Of a stretch of 64,000 nt of DNA, positions 36,130 to 44,849 are shown in pieces; the stretch's first letter is position 1; the number at the start of each line of letters is the position of its first letter. Under the pieces are notes generated by a model. The model had not been told where the DNA came from and searched no databases. It saw only the letters and a list, made by a program, of their open reading frames with translations. Origin of the DNA: a virus (Duplodnaviria; Caudoviricetes); the IMG/VR virus record IMGVR_UViG_3300049823_000342, positions 3,360 to 67,359 of that record. One strand, 5' to 3'. The position numbers and the translations under genes were made by a program.

Positions 36130-36242
36130 AACGCGAGGGCGCGGATTGAGTGCTTCAATCGGTCTTGTCACAAACTGCAAAAGCTTTTGTCGCGCTTCAG
36201 ACATACGCGCACGCGCGCGTATCTCCATTGGTTTTTCGACTT

Positions 36243-36257
36243 ATTCACCCTATGTTC
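36243..36257 (+). promoter_or_regulatory. Degenerate LexA box ATTC-N7-GTTC
   Basis: ATTC ACCCTAT GTTC, 25 bp upstream of the LexA-like gene. Confidence 0.5.
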
Positions 36258-36281
36258 TTCCCGATGGGGTAGGGCATTTGC

Positions 36282-36698
36282 GTGCATCAACGTCCCGATG
36301 AATTCCGTGGCCGGCGGCTGTCGCCGGCGATGGCGAGCCAGCGCCTGCTCGTGCTCGATTTCGTGCGCGGCTATATTTCGCGCTGGGGCGGGTCGCCGAG
36401 TTACGGCGAGATCGCGGCCGAGCTGAAGATCGAGCGGGTCACGGCCTGGCGCGCGGTGCGCAGCCTGGTCGACGACGGGTTGCTCGCGAGAAGGCCTGGG
36501 CCGCGCGGATTGTCGCTGCCCGATGCCGAGGCGGACGCGCTGCGCCAGCTCCGCGCGCTGGGGTGGGTCGTCAACCCCGAGGATCTGCACGTTACAAAAG
36601 CGAGACTGCTGCCGCCCGCCGCGCTCGACTATCCCGGGCCCGGTCAGGAGGGCGGTACGGATGACGGGACGACGGGGTCGCGAAAAGAAGGCGCGTGA
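36282..36698 (+). CDS. LexA-type winged-helix DNA-binding protein without peptidase domain
   Basis: LVLDFVRGYISRWGGSPSYGEIAAEL...V..LVDDGLL matches the LexA N-terminal domain; start is GTG 36282 or ATG 36330. Confidence 0.8.
   Translation: MHQRPDEFRGRRLSPAMASQRLLVLDFVRGYISRWGGSPSYGEIAAELKIERVTAWRAVRSLVDDGLLARRPGPRGLSLPDAEADALRQLRALGWVVNPEDLHVTKARLLPPAALDYPGPGQEGGTDDGTTGSRKEGA
36586..36609 (+). repeat. 24-bp repeat, copy 1 (inside the LexA-like CDS)
   Basis: TGCACGTTACAAAAGCGAGACTGC vs TGCATGTTACAAAATCGAGACTGC at 37331-37354 (22/24). Confidence 0.85.
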
Positions 36699-37296
36699 GC
36701 AGCGGGCGACCGAGCTGCGCCACAAGATCAACGCCGATTATGCCCGCCGCCATCCCCAGCGCGCCCGCGAGGAGCGCCAGCTGCGCCAGGCGCAGGCGAA
36801 ACTTTCCCCCGACTGGAGCCATAAGCGCGAGGGCACGCCCGAAACGCACGCGCGCGCGGCGCGGACGGTGCAGGGCTCGCTCGCGCGGCTGTTCGTCGCC
36901 GGCGATGTCGATCAGCACGATCTGGGCTTTGCGGCCGAGATTGCGCGCGTGCACGCGCAGATCGTGCGCGACGTCGTGCCGGCGACGGTCAGCCTCGAGA
37001 CGCGCGTCGACAAGAGCGGCCACGGCGGCGGCGTCTTTTTCGAGGCGCTGGGGCGAGTGAGGGCGGAGATCGCCTATACCGCCTGGCGCGCGGCTCTGCC
37101 AAAGCCCGGGGTCGTGCTGGCGATGATCGTCGACGATATCGGGGTGAGCGTGGCGGCGCGGCGGTTCGGGATGCGCAATGCGACGGCGAAGCGGCTGTTG
37201 CTCCAGGCGCTGGCGTGCTGGCCCGGTGCGATCGCGGCGGCGCGGCGATCGGTCGACGCGGCCGACCTGGCGGCGGCGCAGGCGGGATTGCTCTGA
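36661..37296 (+). CDS. Putative late regulator/antiterminator (DUF6456-like)
   Basis: LARL...G...AA.I...RVD.S...AL.R...MIVDD.G...AARRFGM..ATAKRLL..AL, with a C-terminal HTH-like segment; position before the late genes. Confidence 0.5.
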   Translation: MTGRRGREKKAREQRATELRHKINADYARRHPQRAREERQLRQAQAKLSPDWSHKREGTPETHARAARTVQGSLARLFVAGDVDQHDLGFAAEIARVHAQIVRDVVPATVSLETRVDKSGHGGGVFFEALGRVRAEIAYTAWRAALPKPGVVLAMIVDDIGVSVAARRFGMRNATAKRLLLQALACWPGAIAAARRSVDAADLAAAQAGLL

Positions 37297-37330
37297 CGCC
37301 CGGTCAAGGGGGCAATTTTCCGCATATTTT

Positions 37331-37354
37331 TGCATGTTACAAAATCGAGACTGC
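37331..37354 (+). promoter_or_regulatory. 24-bp repeat, copy 2; putative operator (TTTTG-N7-CAAAA core)
   Basis: Intergenic AT-rich region upstream of the 37527 operon. Confidence 0.55.
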
Positions 37355-37463
37355 CCAGCGGTCACTTTTCGGGCCATTTTCGCCACAGGCAATAATTGCG
37401 CGCTGCGCCCGCACCGGCTGGTCCCTGACGGTGCGGGCGCTTTGCGTTTCAGCGGTTTAGGCA

Positions 37464-37497
37464 CAGGATTTAATGTGTTCGCGCACATTAAATCCTG
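37464..37497. repeat. Perfect 14-bp inverted repeat CAGGATTTAATGTG-TTCGCG-CACATTAAATCCTG
   Basis: Directly visible, 30 bp upstream of the ATG at 37527. Confidence 0.9.
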
Positions 37498-37526
37498 CGT
37501 TTCGACGCTCGACAGGGAGGCGCGGC

Positions 37527-37736
37527 ATGGCGGCATCAGTTCGTCATCTCCGGCGCCCGGCGCCGGCGCCGACGATTGCCGACCTGCTCGACGACCAGCT
37601 TTCGCGCTTTGACGATCTGCTTCGCGATGTTCGCGGCGGCATTCGCTCGCCCGAGCATTTCGATGCGCTCGAGGAGCGAGCGAGCCGGATCGGGCAGGCG
37701 TTGCGCGATGCGTTCCGCCGCGGCCGCCAGAGCTGA
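37527..37736 (+). CDS. Hypothetical protein
   Basis: RBS GGGAGG. Confidence 0.7.
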   Translation: MAASVRHLRRPAPAPTIADLLDDQLSRFDDLLRDVRGGIRSPEHFDALEERASRIGQALRDAFRRGRQS

Positions 37737-37746
37737 AGGAATCGCG

Positions 37747-37947
37747 ATGATCGATCTGGAAAAGCTCGCGATCGAGGCGGGGCGAGCGGATGTCGACGGG
37801 AATTGCGTTGTGACGCGGCGCTGGCTTCGCCAGGTGCTGAAGGAATTGCGCGCTGCGCGTGCACCGCGAAGCGACCAGGCCGCCGCGCTCGACCTGAATT
37901 TGCCGAAGCTCGAGGTCGTCATGGCCCCCAGGAAGGTGCGATCGTGA
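37747..37947 (+). CDS. Hypothetical protein
   Basis: RBS AAGGA; VTRRWLRQVL.EL. Confidence 0.65.
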   Translation: MIDLEKLAIEAGRADVDGNCVVTRRWLRQVLKELRAARAPRSDQAAALDLNLPKLEVVMAPRKVRS

Positions 37948-38264
37948 TCGGCGATCGCGCACCCGATGTCGACGTCGCGGCGGCGCTGCTCGCGCTCGCT
38001 GGCGGACACGGCCGCCTGCTCTGGCACAAGAGCAAGGGCTGGGCTTCGGCGTCCTTCGCAGGATCGCGCGACGAGATCGCGATCGAATATTTCGGGCCCG
38101 AAGCGTCGGCCGCGGGCGAGCAGCTGCTCACCGAGCTCGATCGGGTGGAATTCACCCTGCCGAGCCGCGTCGTGGCCGATGCCAGGATCGGGTATCATAC
38201 CCGACTTTATCGCCCGCAGCCGCGGACGATCGCGGTGATTGAACTCCTGATCGTGGAGGATTGA
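37944..38264 (+). CDS. Hypothetical protein (WASASFAG motif)
   Basis: GTGA overlap. Confidence 0.65.
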   Translation: MIGDRAPDVDVAAALLALAGGHGRLLWHKSKGWASASFAGSRDEIAIEYFGPEASAAGEQLLTELDRVEFTLPSRVVADARIGYHTRLYRPQPRTIAVIELLIVED

Positions 38265-38266
38265 CG

Positions 38267-38785
38267 ATGGCGACCGTGCGGACGCCCAGGACGATCGCCG
38301 CGGCGACGAAATTGCTCGAGCGCTTTGCCGAGCTTGACGGACAGATCGCCGCGATCGAAGAGCAGCGCAAGGTCGAGCTGGCAGATGTCAATGCCGAGGC
38401 CGACCGGCTGATCGCTCCCTTCCTGCCCGAACGCGATGCGATCCTTGCCAAGCTGCAGGGTTGGTGGGTCGAGGCCGCGCCCGGGCTGACCGACGGCAAG
38501 CGCAAGTCGATCGCGCTCGGCGGGTGTGAGATCGGCAGCAGATCCTCGCCGGCGACCCTCGGCGTGGCGGGCGATGAGAAGCTGATCGCCAAGGCACTCA
38601 TCAAACTTCGTTGGGCGCGCGAGCTCGTGCGCGTGACGATCGGGATCGATCGCGCTGCGGTGCTCAAGTCCATCGATGGCGTGCACGCTGCCCAACTCGC
38701 CGAGCTCGGCTTCAGCAGGGTTGCCGGCGGCGAGGCGGTCTTTGTCCGGCGCGTCCGGCAGGACGGAACGCTGGGCGGCAGCTGA
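38267..38785 (+). CDS. gam: Mu Gam-like host-nuclease inhibitor
   Basis: Long N-terminal helix, then DGKRKSIALGGCEIGSR.SP...VRV...IDRAAV. Confidence 0.7.
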   Translation: MATVRTPRTIAAATKLLERFAELDGQIAAIEEQRKVELADVNAEADRLIAPFLPERDAILAKLQGWWVEAAPGLTDGKRKSIALGGCEIGSRSSPATLGVAGDEKLIAKALIKLRWARELVRVTIGIDRAAVLKSIDGVHAAQLAELGFSRVAGGEAVFVRRVRQDGTLGGS

Positions 38786-39105
38786 TGCCGACGTCGCCCC
38801 CCGTGTTTCGACCGCCTGGCTGGCGGCCGAGCGTGGCGTGGGAGCGCCCCGGCCTCTTCGGCTACGAACGCAAGCGCGGCCGAGCTGCACAGCGCGAGCG
38901 CCTCGCGGTGATCGCGGAAGAGCCATTCTGCCGCGCGTGCCTGAAGCAGGGCAAGCACGTCCGCACCGACGTGGTCGACCATATCGTGCCGCTCGCCTGG
39001 GGCGGCAGCGACGACCGGAGCAACAAGCAAGGCCTGTGCGAACCGTGCCACGACGCGAAGTCGAAGGCTGAGCGCGCCGAGGCGCGGCGGGGAGGGGGAG
39101 GGTGA
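38785..39105 (+). CDS. Terminase-associated HNH endonuclease
   Basis: EPFCRAC...VDHIVPLAWGGSDDRSNKQGLC..CHDAKS. Confidence 0.92.
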   Translation: MPTSPPVFRPPGWRPSVAWERPGLFGYERKRGRAAQRERLAVIAEEPFCRACLKQGKHVRTDVVDHIVPLAWGGSDDRSNKQGLCEPCHDAKSKAERAEARRGGGG

Positions 39106-39180
39106 ATCTCTCAACCCAAAACCCCTTGGAAACCGCCGCCCATGGGTTTTTTTGCGTGGGCGAATTCAAAGGGTAAAAAG
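39095..39180 (+). other. Putative cos region (candidate cosN CGCCGCCCAT at 39134-39143)
   Basis: Between HNH and terS, where HK97-type cos sites lie; G-run then GC core then T-tract. Confidence 0.45.
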
Positions 39181-39219
39181 TTGCGGGTTTGTTCCTCCCT
39201 GACCTGGTCGCGGTGATCG

Positions 39220-39723
39220 GTGTCGAAGGGTGGGGCGCGCCCGGGGGCGGGGCGGCGGCGGAAGGCGCCGGAGTTGAAGACGCTGGCGGGAACGGCGCGT
39301 CCCGATCGCGAGGTTGCGATCGGTGCGGCGCCGAGCGAGGCGCCGATGATTGCGCCCTTGCATCTATCGGACCTGGCGCAACTGCATTTCGCGTCGATCG
39401 CCAAGATCCTGGAGGAGCAGAAGCGGTCTAGCGCGCACTATGCCGAACATGTCGCGCTGCTCGCGCAGCGGCTCGAGCAGATCCAGCGATACCAGGCGGT
39501 GCTCGAAACCGAGGGTGACACGTTCGTCACCGAATCCGCGAAGAGCGTCGGAGAGCGCCTGGTCGTGACCCGCATGGTTCGCGCGCGGCCCGAGGTCGCG
39601 ATGCTGTCCGATGCGCTGCGCCACGCCCAGTCGCTGCTGTCCGAGCTGATGCTCAATCCCGCGGCCGCGCTGCGGATCGCCAGCGGGCACAAGCCCGAGG
39701 CCGGCGCCTTCGACGATTTCTGA
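39220..39723 (+). CDS. Terminase small subunit (P27 family)
   Basis: MSKGGARPGAGR...K.L.GT.R..R...RPEV...L.L.PAA. Confidence 0.85.
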   Translation: MSKGGARPGAGRRRKAPELKTLAGTARPDREVAIGAAPSEAPMIAPLHLSDLAQLHFASIAKILEEQKRSSAHYAEHVALLAQRLEQIQRYQAVLETEGDTFVTESAKSVGERLVVTRMVRARPEVAMLSDALRHAQSLLSELMLNPAAALRIASGHKPEAGAFDDF

Positions 39724-39733
39724 GGCGGTCGAT

Positions 39734-41488
39734 GTGGATGCACGAAATTACGCGGCGATCGCGAAGGGCTATGCCCGCGACGTCGTAAGCGGGAAGATCC
39801 CCGCGGGGAAATCGATCCGGCTGCAATGCCGGCGCTTTCTCGACGAGCTGAAGCGCGAGAAGGGGAAGGATTTTCCTTTTCGCTTCGACGCCGACAAGGC
39901 GGCGCGGATCTGCCGGTTCGTCGAGCGGCTGCCGCACAGCAAGGGTAAATGGGCGCGGTCGAAGGAGACGCTGCGGCTCGAGCCGTGGCAGATCTGGATA
40001 TTGTGCTGCGGCTATGGCTGGCTGCGCAAGCGCGACGGGCTGCGGCGCTTTCGCGTCATCGTCGTAGTGGTGCCGCGCAAGAACGGCAAGTCGGCGATCG
40101 CGGCGGGCATCGGCCTGTATATGCTGTGCGCCGACGGCGAGTTCGGGGCCGAGGTCTATTCGGGCGCGACGAACGAGAAGCAGGCGTGGGAGGTGTTCGG
40201 CCCGGCGCGCCTGATGGCGGCGCGGACGCCGGCGCTGCTCGCGCGCTTCGGGGTCGAGGTCAACGCCAAGTCGCTCGTGCGCGTCGACGACAACAGCAAG
40301 TTCGAGACGATCATCGGCGATCCGGGGGACGGGCAAAGCCCCAGCTGCTCGATCCACGACGAATATCACGAGCATCCCGACGACGGCCAGGTCAACACGA
40401 TGCAGACCGGCATGGGCGCGCGTGACCAGCCGATGCAGCTGCTGATCACGACCGCCGGCGATAATCTGGCCGGCCCCTGCTATGCGCTGATCCACGAGGA
40501 GCGCGAAAAGCTCGCCGGCATAGGGCATAACGGCGGCCCGCCGATCGAGGACGAAACCTTCTTCGTCGAATACACGATCGACGAGGACGACGACTGGAAA
40601 TCGGAAGCCGCGCTTCGCAAGGCGAATCCGAATTTCGGGGTGTCGGTGCAGGCGGATTTTCTGCTCGCACGGCAACGCGACGCGATCGCCACGCCTAGAA
40701 AAGCGGGCGCTTTCAAAACGAAGCACCTCAATCTTTGGGTGTCAGCTAAAGCGGCTTATTACGACATCGAGGCCTGGCGCCGCTGCGCCGATCCGAACCT
40801 GCCGCAGACCGGCGCCGAGTTCCTGAAGCTCGAGCGGTTTCATGGTCGCCGCGCGATCGCCAGCCTCGACCTGGCGTCGAAGGTCGATATCGCCGCGCTC
40901 GAGCTGCTGCTGTTGCCCGAGGGCGAGAAGGCGACGGCCGACGATCCCTATATCCGCACGGGGTTTTACTTCCTGCCGGAAGAAAAGGTGCTCGAAGTTC
41001 CGGCCTATCAGGCGTGGGATGCGCTGGGATTATTGTCGGTCACCGACGGCAATATCATCGATTACGACGCGATCCTTGAGCAGCTTCGCGAGATCCGCGG
41101 GCTCTATCAGCTCGAGCAGGTCGCCTACGACCCGCACCAGGCGACCTATCTCGCCACGACGATGATGAAGGACGGCTTCCCGGTCCTCGAATATCGGCCG
41201 CTGGTGCTGAATTTCAGCGAGCCGATGAAGGAATCGGACGCGGTGATGAAAGCCGGGCGGATCGCGCACGGCGGCTGCCCCGTCATGGAATGGCAGATCA
41301 ACAACGTCGTCGCCCAGCTCGACGCCAAGGACAATGTCTATCCGCGCAAGCCGCGGGTGGAAGCGAAGATCGACAACCCCGTCGCGCTGATCGCGGCGCT
41401 GGGGACGGCGATGAAGGGCGAAGAAGAGGCCGCGCCCTCGTCGCCCTGGGACGACCCGGAGTATAGCATGAACGGTAGCGCCGACTGA
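39734..41488 (+). CDS. Terminase large subunit
   Basis: VPRKNGKS, IHDEYH, ITTAG, KANPN, LDLAS..DI, KIDNPVA. Confidence 0.95.
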   Translation: MDARNYAAIAKGYARDVVSGKIPAGKSIRLQCRRFLDELKREKGKDFPFRFDADKAARICRFVERLPHSKGKWARSKETLRLEPWQIWILCCGYGWLRKRDGLRRFRVIVVVVPRKNGKSAIAAGIGLYMLCADGEFGAEVYSGATNEKQAWEVFGPARLMAARTPALLARFGVEVNAKSLVRVDDNSKFETIIGDPGDGQSPSCSIHDEYHEHPDDGQVNTMQTGMGARDQPMQLLITTAGDNLAGPCYALIHEEREKLAGIGHNGGPPIEDETFFVEYTIDEDDDWKSEAALRKANPNFGVSVQADFLLARQRDAIATPRKAGAFKTKHLNLWVSAKAAYYDIEAWRRCADPNLPQTGAEFLKLERFHGRRAIASLDLASKVDIAALELLLLPEGEKATADDPYIRTGFYFLPEEKVLEVPAYQAWDALGLLSVTDGNIIDYDAILEQLREIRGLYQLEQVAYDPHQATYLATTMMKDGFPVLEYRPLVLNFSEPMKESDAVMKAGRIAHGGCPVMEWQINNVVAQLDAKDNVYPRKPRVEAKIDNPVALIAALGTAMKGEEEAAPSSPWDDPEYSMNGSAD

Positions 41489-42786
41489 TGGGGCTGAAGA
41501 ACTATCTCTTCGGCCGCCCCGACGCGCGCCCGGCGGAAACGCGGTCGATCGAAGATCCGTCCTATAAACTGTCGGAGAATCCCGAGGCGCTGCTCCGACT
41601 GTTCGGTGTCCTCGATGCCAAGAACAGCCTGCCGATCGTGCCGATCGCCGCGGCGCTGCAGGTGCCGGCGGTGCTGGCGGCGGTCGCGTTCCTGTCGCGG
41701 ACGCTGGCGGCGCTGCCGCTGCAATCGTTCGAGATCGGTCCCAATGGCGCACAGATCGACGACGAACAGTCGCAGCTGCTGAGCCAGGCGCCGAATGAGG
41801 AATGGTCGAGCTTCGACTGGCGCCGCTATCATTGGCAGCAGGTGTTCACCGGCGGCCGCGGGCTGAGCTGGATCGAGCGCGTCGGCGACCGCGTCTTGCG
41901 GATCTGGCCGATGGACCCGGCGAAGGTGATCGTCGGGCGGCGTGACGGGCGGAAATATTATCGGATCGAGGGGCGCGAATATCCCGCAGCCGACGTGATC
42001 GATACGCCGTTCATGCTGCGAAGCGACCAGATGTCGGCGATCTCGCCGATCGTCACTTGCAACAAGGCGATCAGCCTGGCGATCGCGATGGCGGATTTCG
42101 CTGGCGGCTTCTTCAGCACCGGCGGCATTCCACCCCTCGCGCTGGGCGGGCCGATGCCGAGCGGCGCCGAGGCGTTCCGCAGGGCGCAGGCGGATATCCA
42201 GAAGGCCGTCGATCTCGCCCGGAAAGCGAACACGCCCTTCTTCCCCTTGCCGCCCGGGCATGAGCTGAAGCCGGTCGGCTTCGACCCCGCCAAGGGGCAG
42301 ATGACCGAGGCGCGCCTGTTCCAGATTCAGGAGATCGCGCGCGCGTTCCAGTTGCCGCCGGTCTTCCTGCAGGATCTGTCGAAAGGCACGTTCACAAATA
42401 CCGAGCAGCAGGATCTGCAGCTGGTCAAGCATCTGATCGGGCAATGGGCGAAGGCGCTCGAGGACGAAATCAACCTGAAGCTGTTCGGGTGGCGCGGCCG
42501 CAAGCGGCGCGCGAAGCATAATCTCGACGGGTTGCAGCGCGGCGATTTCAAGAGTCGGATCGAGGGCCTCGCCCGCGCGATCCAGACCGGGCAGTTGATG
42601 CCCGACGAGGCGCGGGCGCTGGAAGATCGGCCGCCCGATCCCAACGGCAAGGGCGCGCAGCTCTATATCCAGGGCGCGACCGTGCCGCTCGGCACCGTGC
42701 TGGCCGCGCCGATCGGCCACAATGGTGGCCCTCCCTTGAACGACAATGAAGAGGATCCCGCGAATGCCGGCAATGACCCCGCCTGA
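41488..42786 (+). CDS. HK97-family portal protein
   Basis: PNEEWSSFDW, GGFF..G, RLFQIQEIARAF.LPP, TFTNTEQQ, DEARALE. Confidence 0.95.
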   Translation: MGLKNYLFGRPDARPAETRSIEDPSYKLSENPEALLRLFGVLDAKNSLPIVPIAAALQVPAVLAAVAFLSRTLAALPLQSFEIGPNGAQIDDEQSQLLSQAPNEEWSSFDWRRYHWQQVFTGGRGLSWIERVGDRVLRIWPMDPAKVIVGRRDGRKYYRIEGREYPAADVIDTPFMLRSDQMSAISPIVTCNKAISLAIAMADFAGGFFSTGGIPPLALGGPMPSGAEAFRRAQADIQKAVDLARKANTPFFPLPPGHELKPVGFDPAKGQMTEARLFQIQEIARAFQLPPVFLQDLSKGTFTNTEQQDLQLVKHLIGQWAKALEDEINLKLFGWRGRKRRAKHNLDGLQRGDFKSRIEGLARAIQTGQLMPDEARALEDRPPDPNGKGAQLYIQGATVPLGTVLAAPIGHNGGPPLNDNEEDPANAGNDPA

Positions 42787-43381
42787 CGGACGCGAAAAGC
42801 GCGCGCTGACCGAAGGGCTCGAGCTACGCGCCGTCGTTAGCGAGGGCGAGCCGCCGACGGCGCGCGGCTATGTGGTCAAGTTCGATTCGCCGACCAATAT
42901 CCTCGACCTCTGGACCGAGGAGTTCGCGCCGGGCGCGTTCGCCAACTCGCTGCAGCAGCGCGACGTGATCGCAATCCACAGCCACGATCTCGGCCGTGTC
43001 ATGGGTCGCATGAAGGCGGGCACGCTCTCGCTTCGCGAGGATGCGAACGGCCTGGCGTTCGAAAATGCGCTGCCCGATACGACCGACGGCCGCGACCTGG
43101 CCGTGTCGATCGACCGCGGCGATATCGCCGGCATGTCGTTCGGGTTCCGCGCGGTCAAGCAGCATTGGGACGACACGGTAGATCCGCCGAAGCGCCGGAT
43201 CGAAGAGGCCGAGCTTTACGAGATCACCTATTCGGCGCTGCCGCAATATGACGACAGCGAGGTCGCGCTGCGCTCGCTCGAGGCAGCGCGTGCCGAGCGG
43301 CGCAGCCATAACAAGGCCGGCGCCCTGAGCCGGATTGCCGCGCGCCGCGCGCGCCTGGCGCAGATCGAACGCCGAATCTGA
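42764..43381 (+). CDS. HK97 prohead protease
   Basis: E.FAPGAF...HSHD.GRVMGR...GL.FE...GMSFGF...LYEIT....P.Y. Confidence 0.92.
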   Translation: MPAMTPPDGREKRALTEGLELRAVVSEGEPPTARGYVVKFDSPTNILDLWTEEFAPGAFANSLQQRDVIAIHSHDLGRVMGRMKAGTLSLREDANGLAFENALPDTTDGRDLAVSIDRGDIAGMSFGFRAVKQHWDDTVDPPKRRIEEAELYEITYSALPQYDDSEVALRSLEAARAERRSHNKAGALSRIAARRARLAQIERRI

Positions 43382-43443
43382 TCATCACTCCCTTTTCCGG
43401 GCCTCCGCCCGAGGCGGCGACAGCAGCGCTGATCGCCCTTCCA

Positions 43444-43466
43444 GCCCCGCTTTGCGGGGCCTTTTT
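43444..43466 (+). terminator. Intrinsic terminator-like hairpin between the protease and capsid genes
   Basis: GCCCCGC-TTT-GCGGGGC-CTTTTT. Confidence 0.6.
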
Positions 43467-43483
43467 ATGCCCTGGAGAAAATC

Positions 43484-44764
43484 ATGACCTTGCAGGAATT
43501 GTACGAAAAGCGCGGCCAGCTGGTCGCCGCTGCCCGCGCCGCGACCAATGAAATCACCGCGAACACCGACGACGCCCGCGTCGCCGAGCTCGAGGCGCGT
43601 AGCGACACGATCTTTGGCGAGCTCGACGCGCTCGACAAGAAGATCCAGCGCGAAGAGCGCGTCGCGGCCGCCGAGCGCTCGCTCGAGGAACGTGCTGCGC
43701 GGAACCGCCCGAACGGCGGGAACCTCGAAGTGCCCGGCCAGGACGGCGGCGAAGGCGAGGAGCGCACGGCCGAGCAACTGCACGCCGAATATCGCGACGC
43801 CTTCTACGCGATGCTCCGCGAGGGCGGCGATGTGACCGCGGTGACGCCGGAGCAGCGTGCGCTGCTGCGCCGGGGTTATGTCGAGAACCGCACCCAGACC
43901 GTCGGGACGCCCGCGGCGGGCGGCTATACGGTGCCCACCACGCTCGCCAGCAAGATCGTCGAAGCGATGAAGGACTGGGGTCCGATGTATGATCCCGGGA
44001 TCACCGACGAAATGGTCACCAGTTCGGGCAATCCGTTCGACATCCCGACCAACGACGACACCGCGAACAGCGCCGCCGCGCTGGCCGAAGCGGCCGATCT
44101 GACCGACGACAATAGCGGCGATCTGGCGTTCGGCGAGGTTTCGCTTTCCGCCTATGTCTATGCGACGCCCTGGCTCAAGCTGTCGTTCGAGTTGCTTCAG
44201 GATTCGATCTTCAATCTCGAACAGTTCGTCGGGCGTAAGCTGGGCGAGCGCCTGGGCCGTATCGGGAACAAGCAGCTGACGATCGGCGACGGGAACGGCG
44301 ATCCGAACGGGGTCGTCACCGCCTCCACGCTGGGGAAGACCGCTGCGGCCGTCGGCGCGATCACCGCCGACGAGATGATCGACCTGCAGCATTCGGTCAA
44401 CGCGGCCTATCGCCGCAGCCCGTCGTGCCGTTGGATGTTCGCCGACACCACGCTCGCGACGCTCCGCAAGCTGAAGGATGGCGACGGCAATTATCTGTGG
44501 GCGATGGGCGACGTCCGCGTCGGTGCGCCGGACCTGATCCTGGGCAAGCCCTACGCCGTCAACGACGACGTTCCGGCGATCGCGACGGGTAATCGCGCGG
44601 TGCTGTTCGGCGATTTTAGCCGTTACGTTGTGCGCAAGGTCGGCTCGCCGCTGATCGGGACGGTGCGTGAGCGCTTTTGGCCGAAGGTCGGGATGGCCGG
44701 CCTCGTCCGGTTCGACGGCGATCTCGTCGATACGACTGCGGTCAAGCACCTCAAACTGGCGTGA
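43484..44764 (+). CDS. HK97-fold major capsid protein
   Basis: GGYTVP, LSFELLQDS.FNLE, GDGNGDPNG, ILGKPY, FGDFSRY, RFDG. Confidence 0.95.
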   Translation: MTLQELYEKRGQLVAAARAATNEITANTDDARVAELEARSDTIFGELDALDKKIQREERVAAAERSLEERAARNRPNGGNLEVPGQDGGEGEERTAEQLHAEYRDAFYAMLREGGDVTAVTPEQRALLRRGYVENRTQTVGTPAAGGYTVPTTLASKIVEAMKDWGPMYDPGITDEMVTSSGNPFDIPTNDDTANSAAALAEAADLTDDNSGDLAFGEVSLSAYVYATPWLKLSFELLQDSIFNLEQFVGRKLGERLGRIGNKQLTIGDGNGDPNGVVTASTLGKTAAAVGAITADEMIDLQHSVNAAYRRSPSCRWMFADTTLATLRKLKDGDGNYLWAMGDVRVGAPDLILGKPYAVNDDVPAIATGNRAVLFGDFSRYVVRKVGSPLIGTVRERFWPKVGMAGLVRFDGDLVDTTAVKHLKLA

Positions 44765-44772
44765 TGATGGGC

Positions 44773-44804
44773 GCGGGCGCGACTTAGGCCGCGCCCGCCT
44801 TTTT
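44773..44804 (+). terminator. Intrinsic terminator after the capsid gene
   Basis: GCGGGCGCG / CGCGCCCGC stem, then C-TTTTT. Confidence 0.7.
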
Positions 44805-44849
44805 CGCGACGGACGCCGCGCGCGCCCGTCCCGCAAAGGAGATTTGCGC

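Larger units (their letters stand above)
1..36203 (+). mobile_element. Mu-like transposable prophage with HK97-type head and siphovirus tail (left end outside window; right end tentative)
   Basis: Mu gene order: repressor, ner, MuA, MuB, DUF3164, gemA, mor/C, lysis, gp25-28-like, head, tail. The right boundary is inferred from the switch to a second set of regulatory and head genes after about 36.2 kb. Confidence 0.9.

Noticed and set aside
33762-36203. Gin/invertible G-segment as in Mu
   Set aside because: No serine invertase, no inverted fibre cassette and no gix-like inverted repeats seen.
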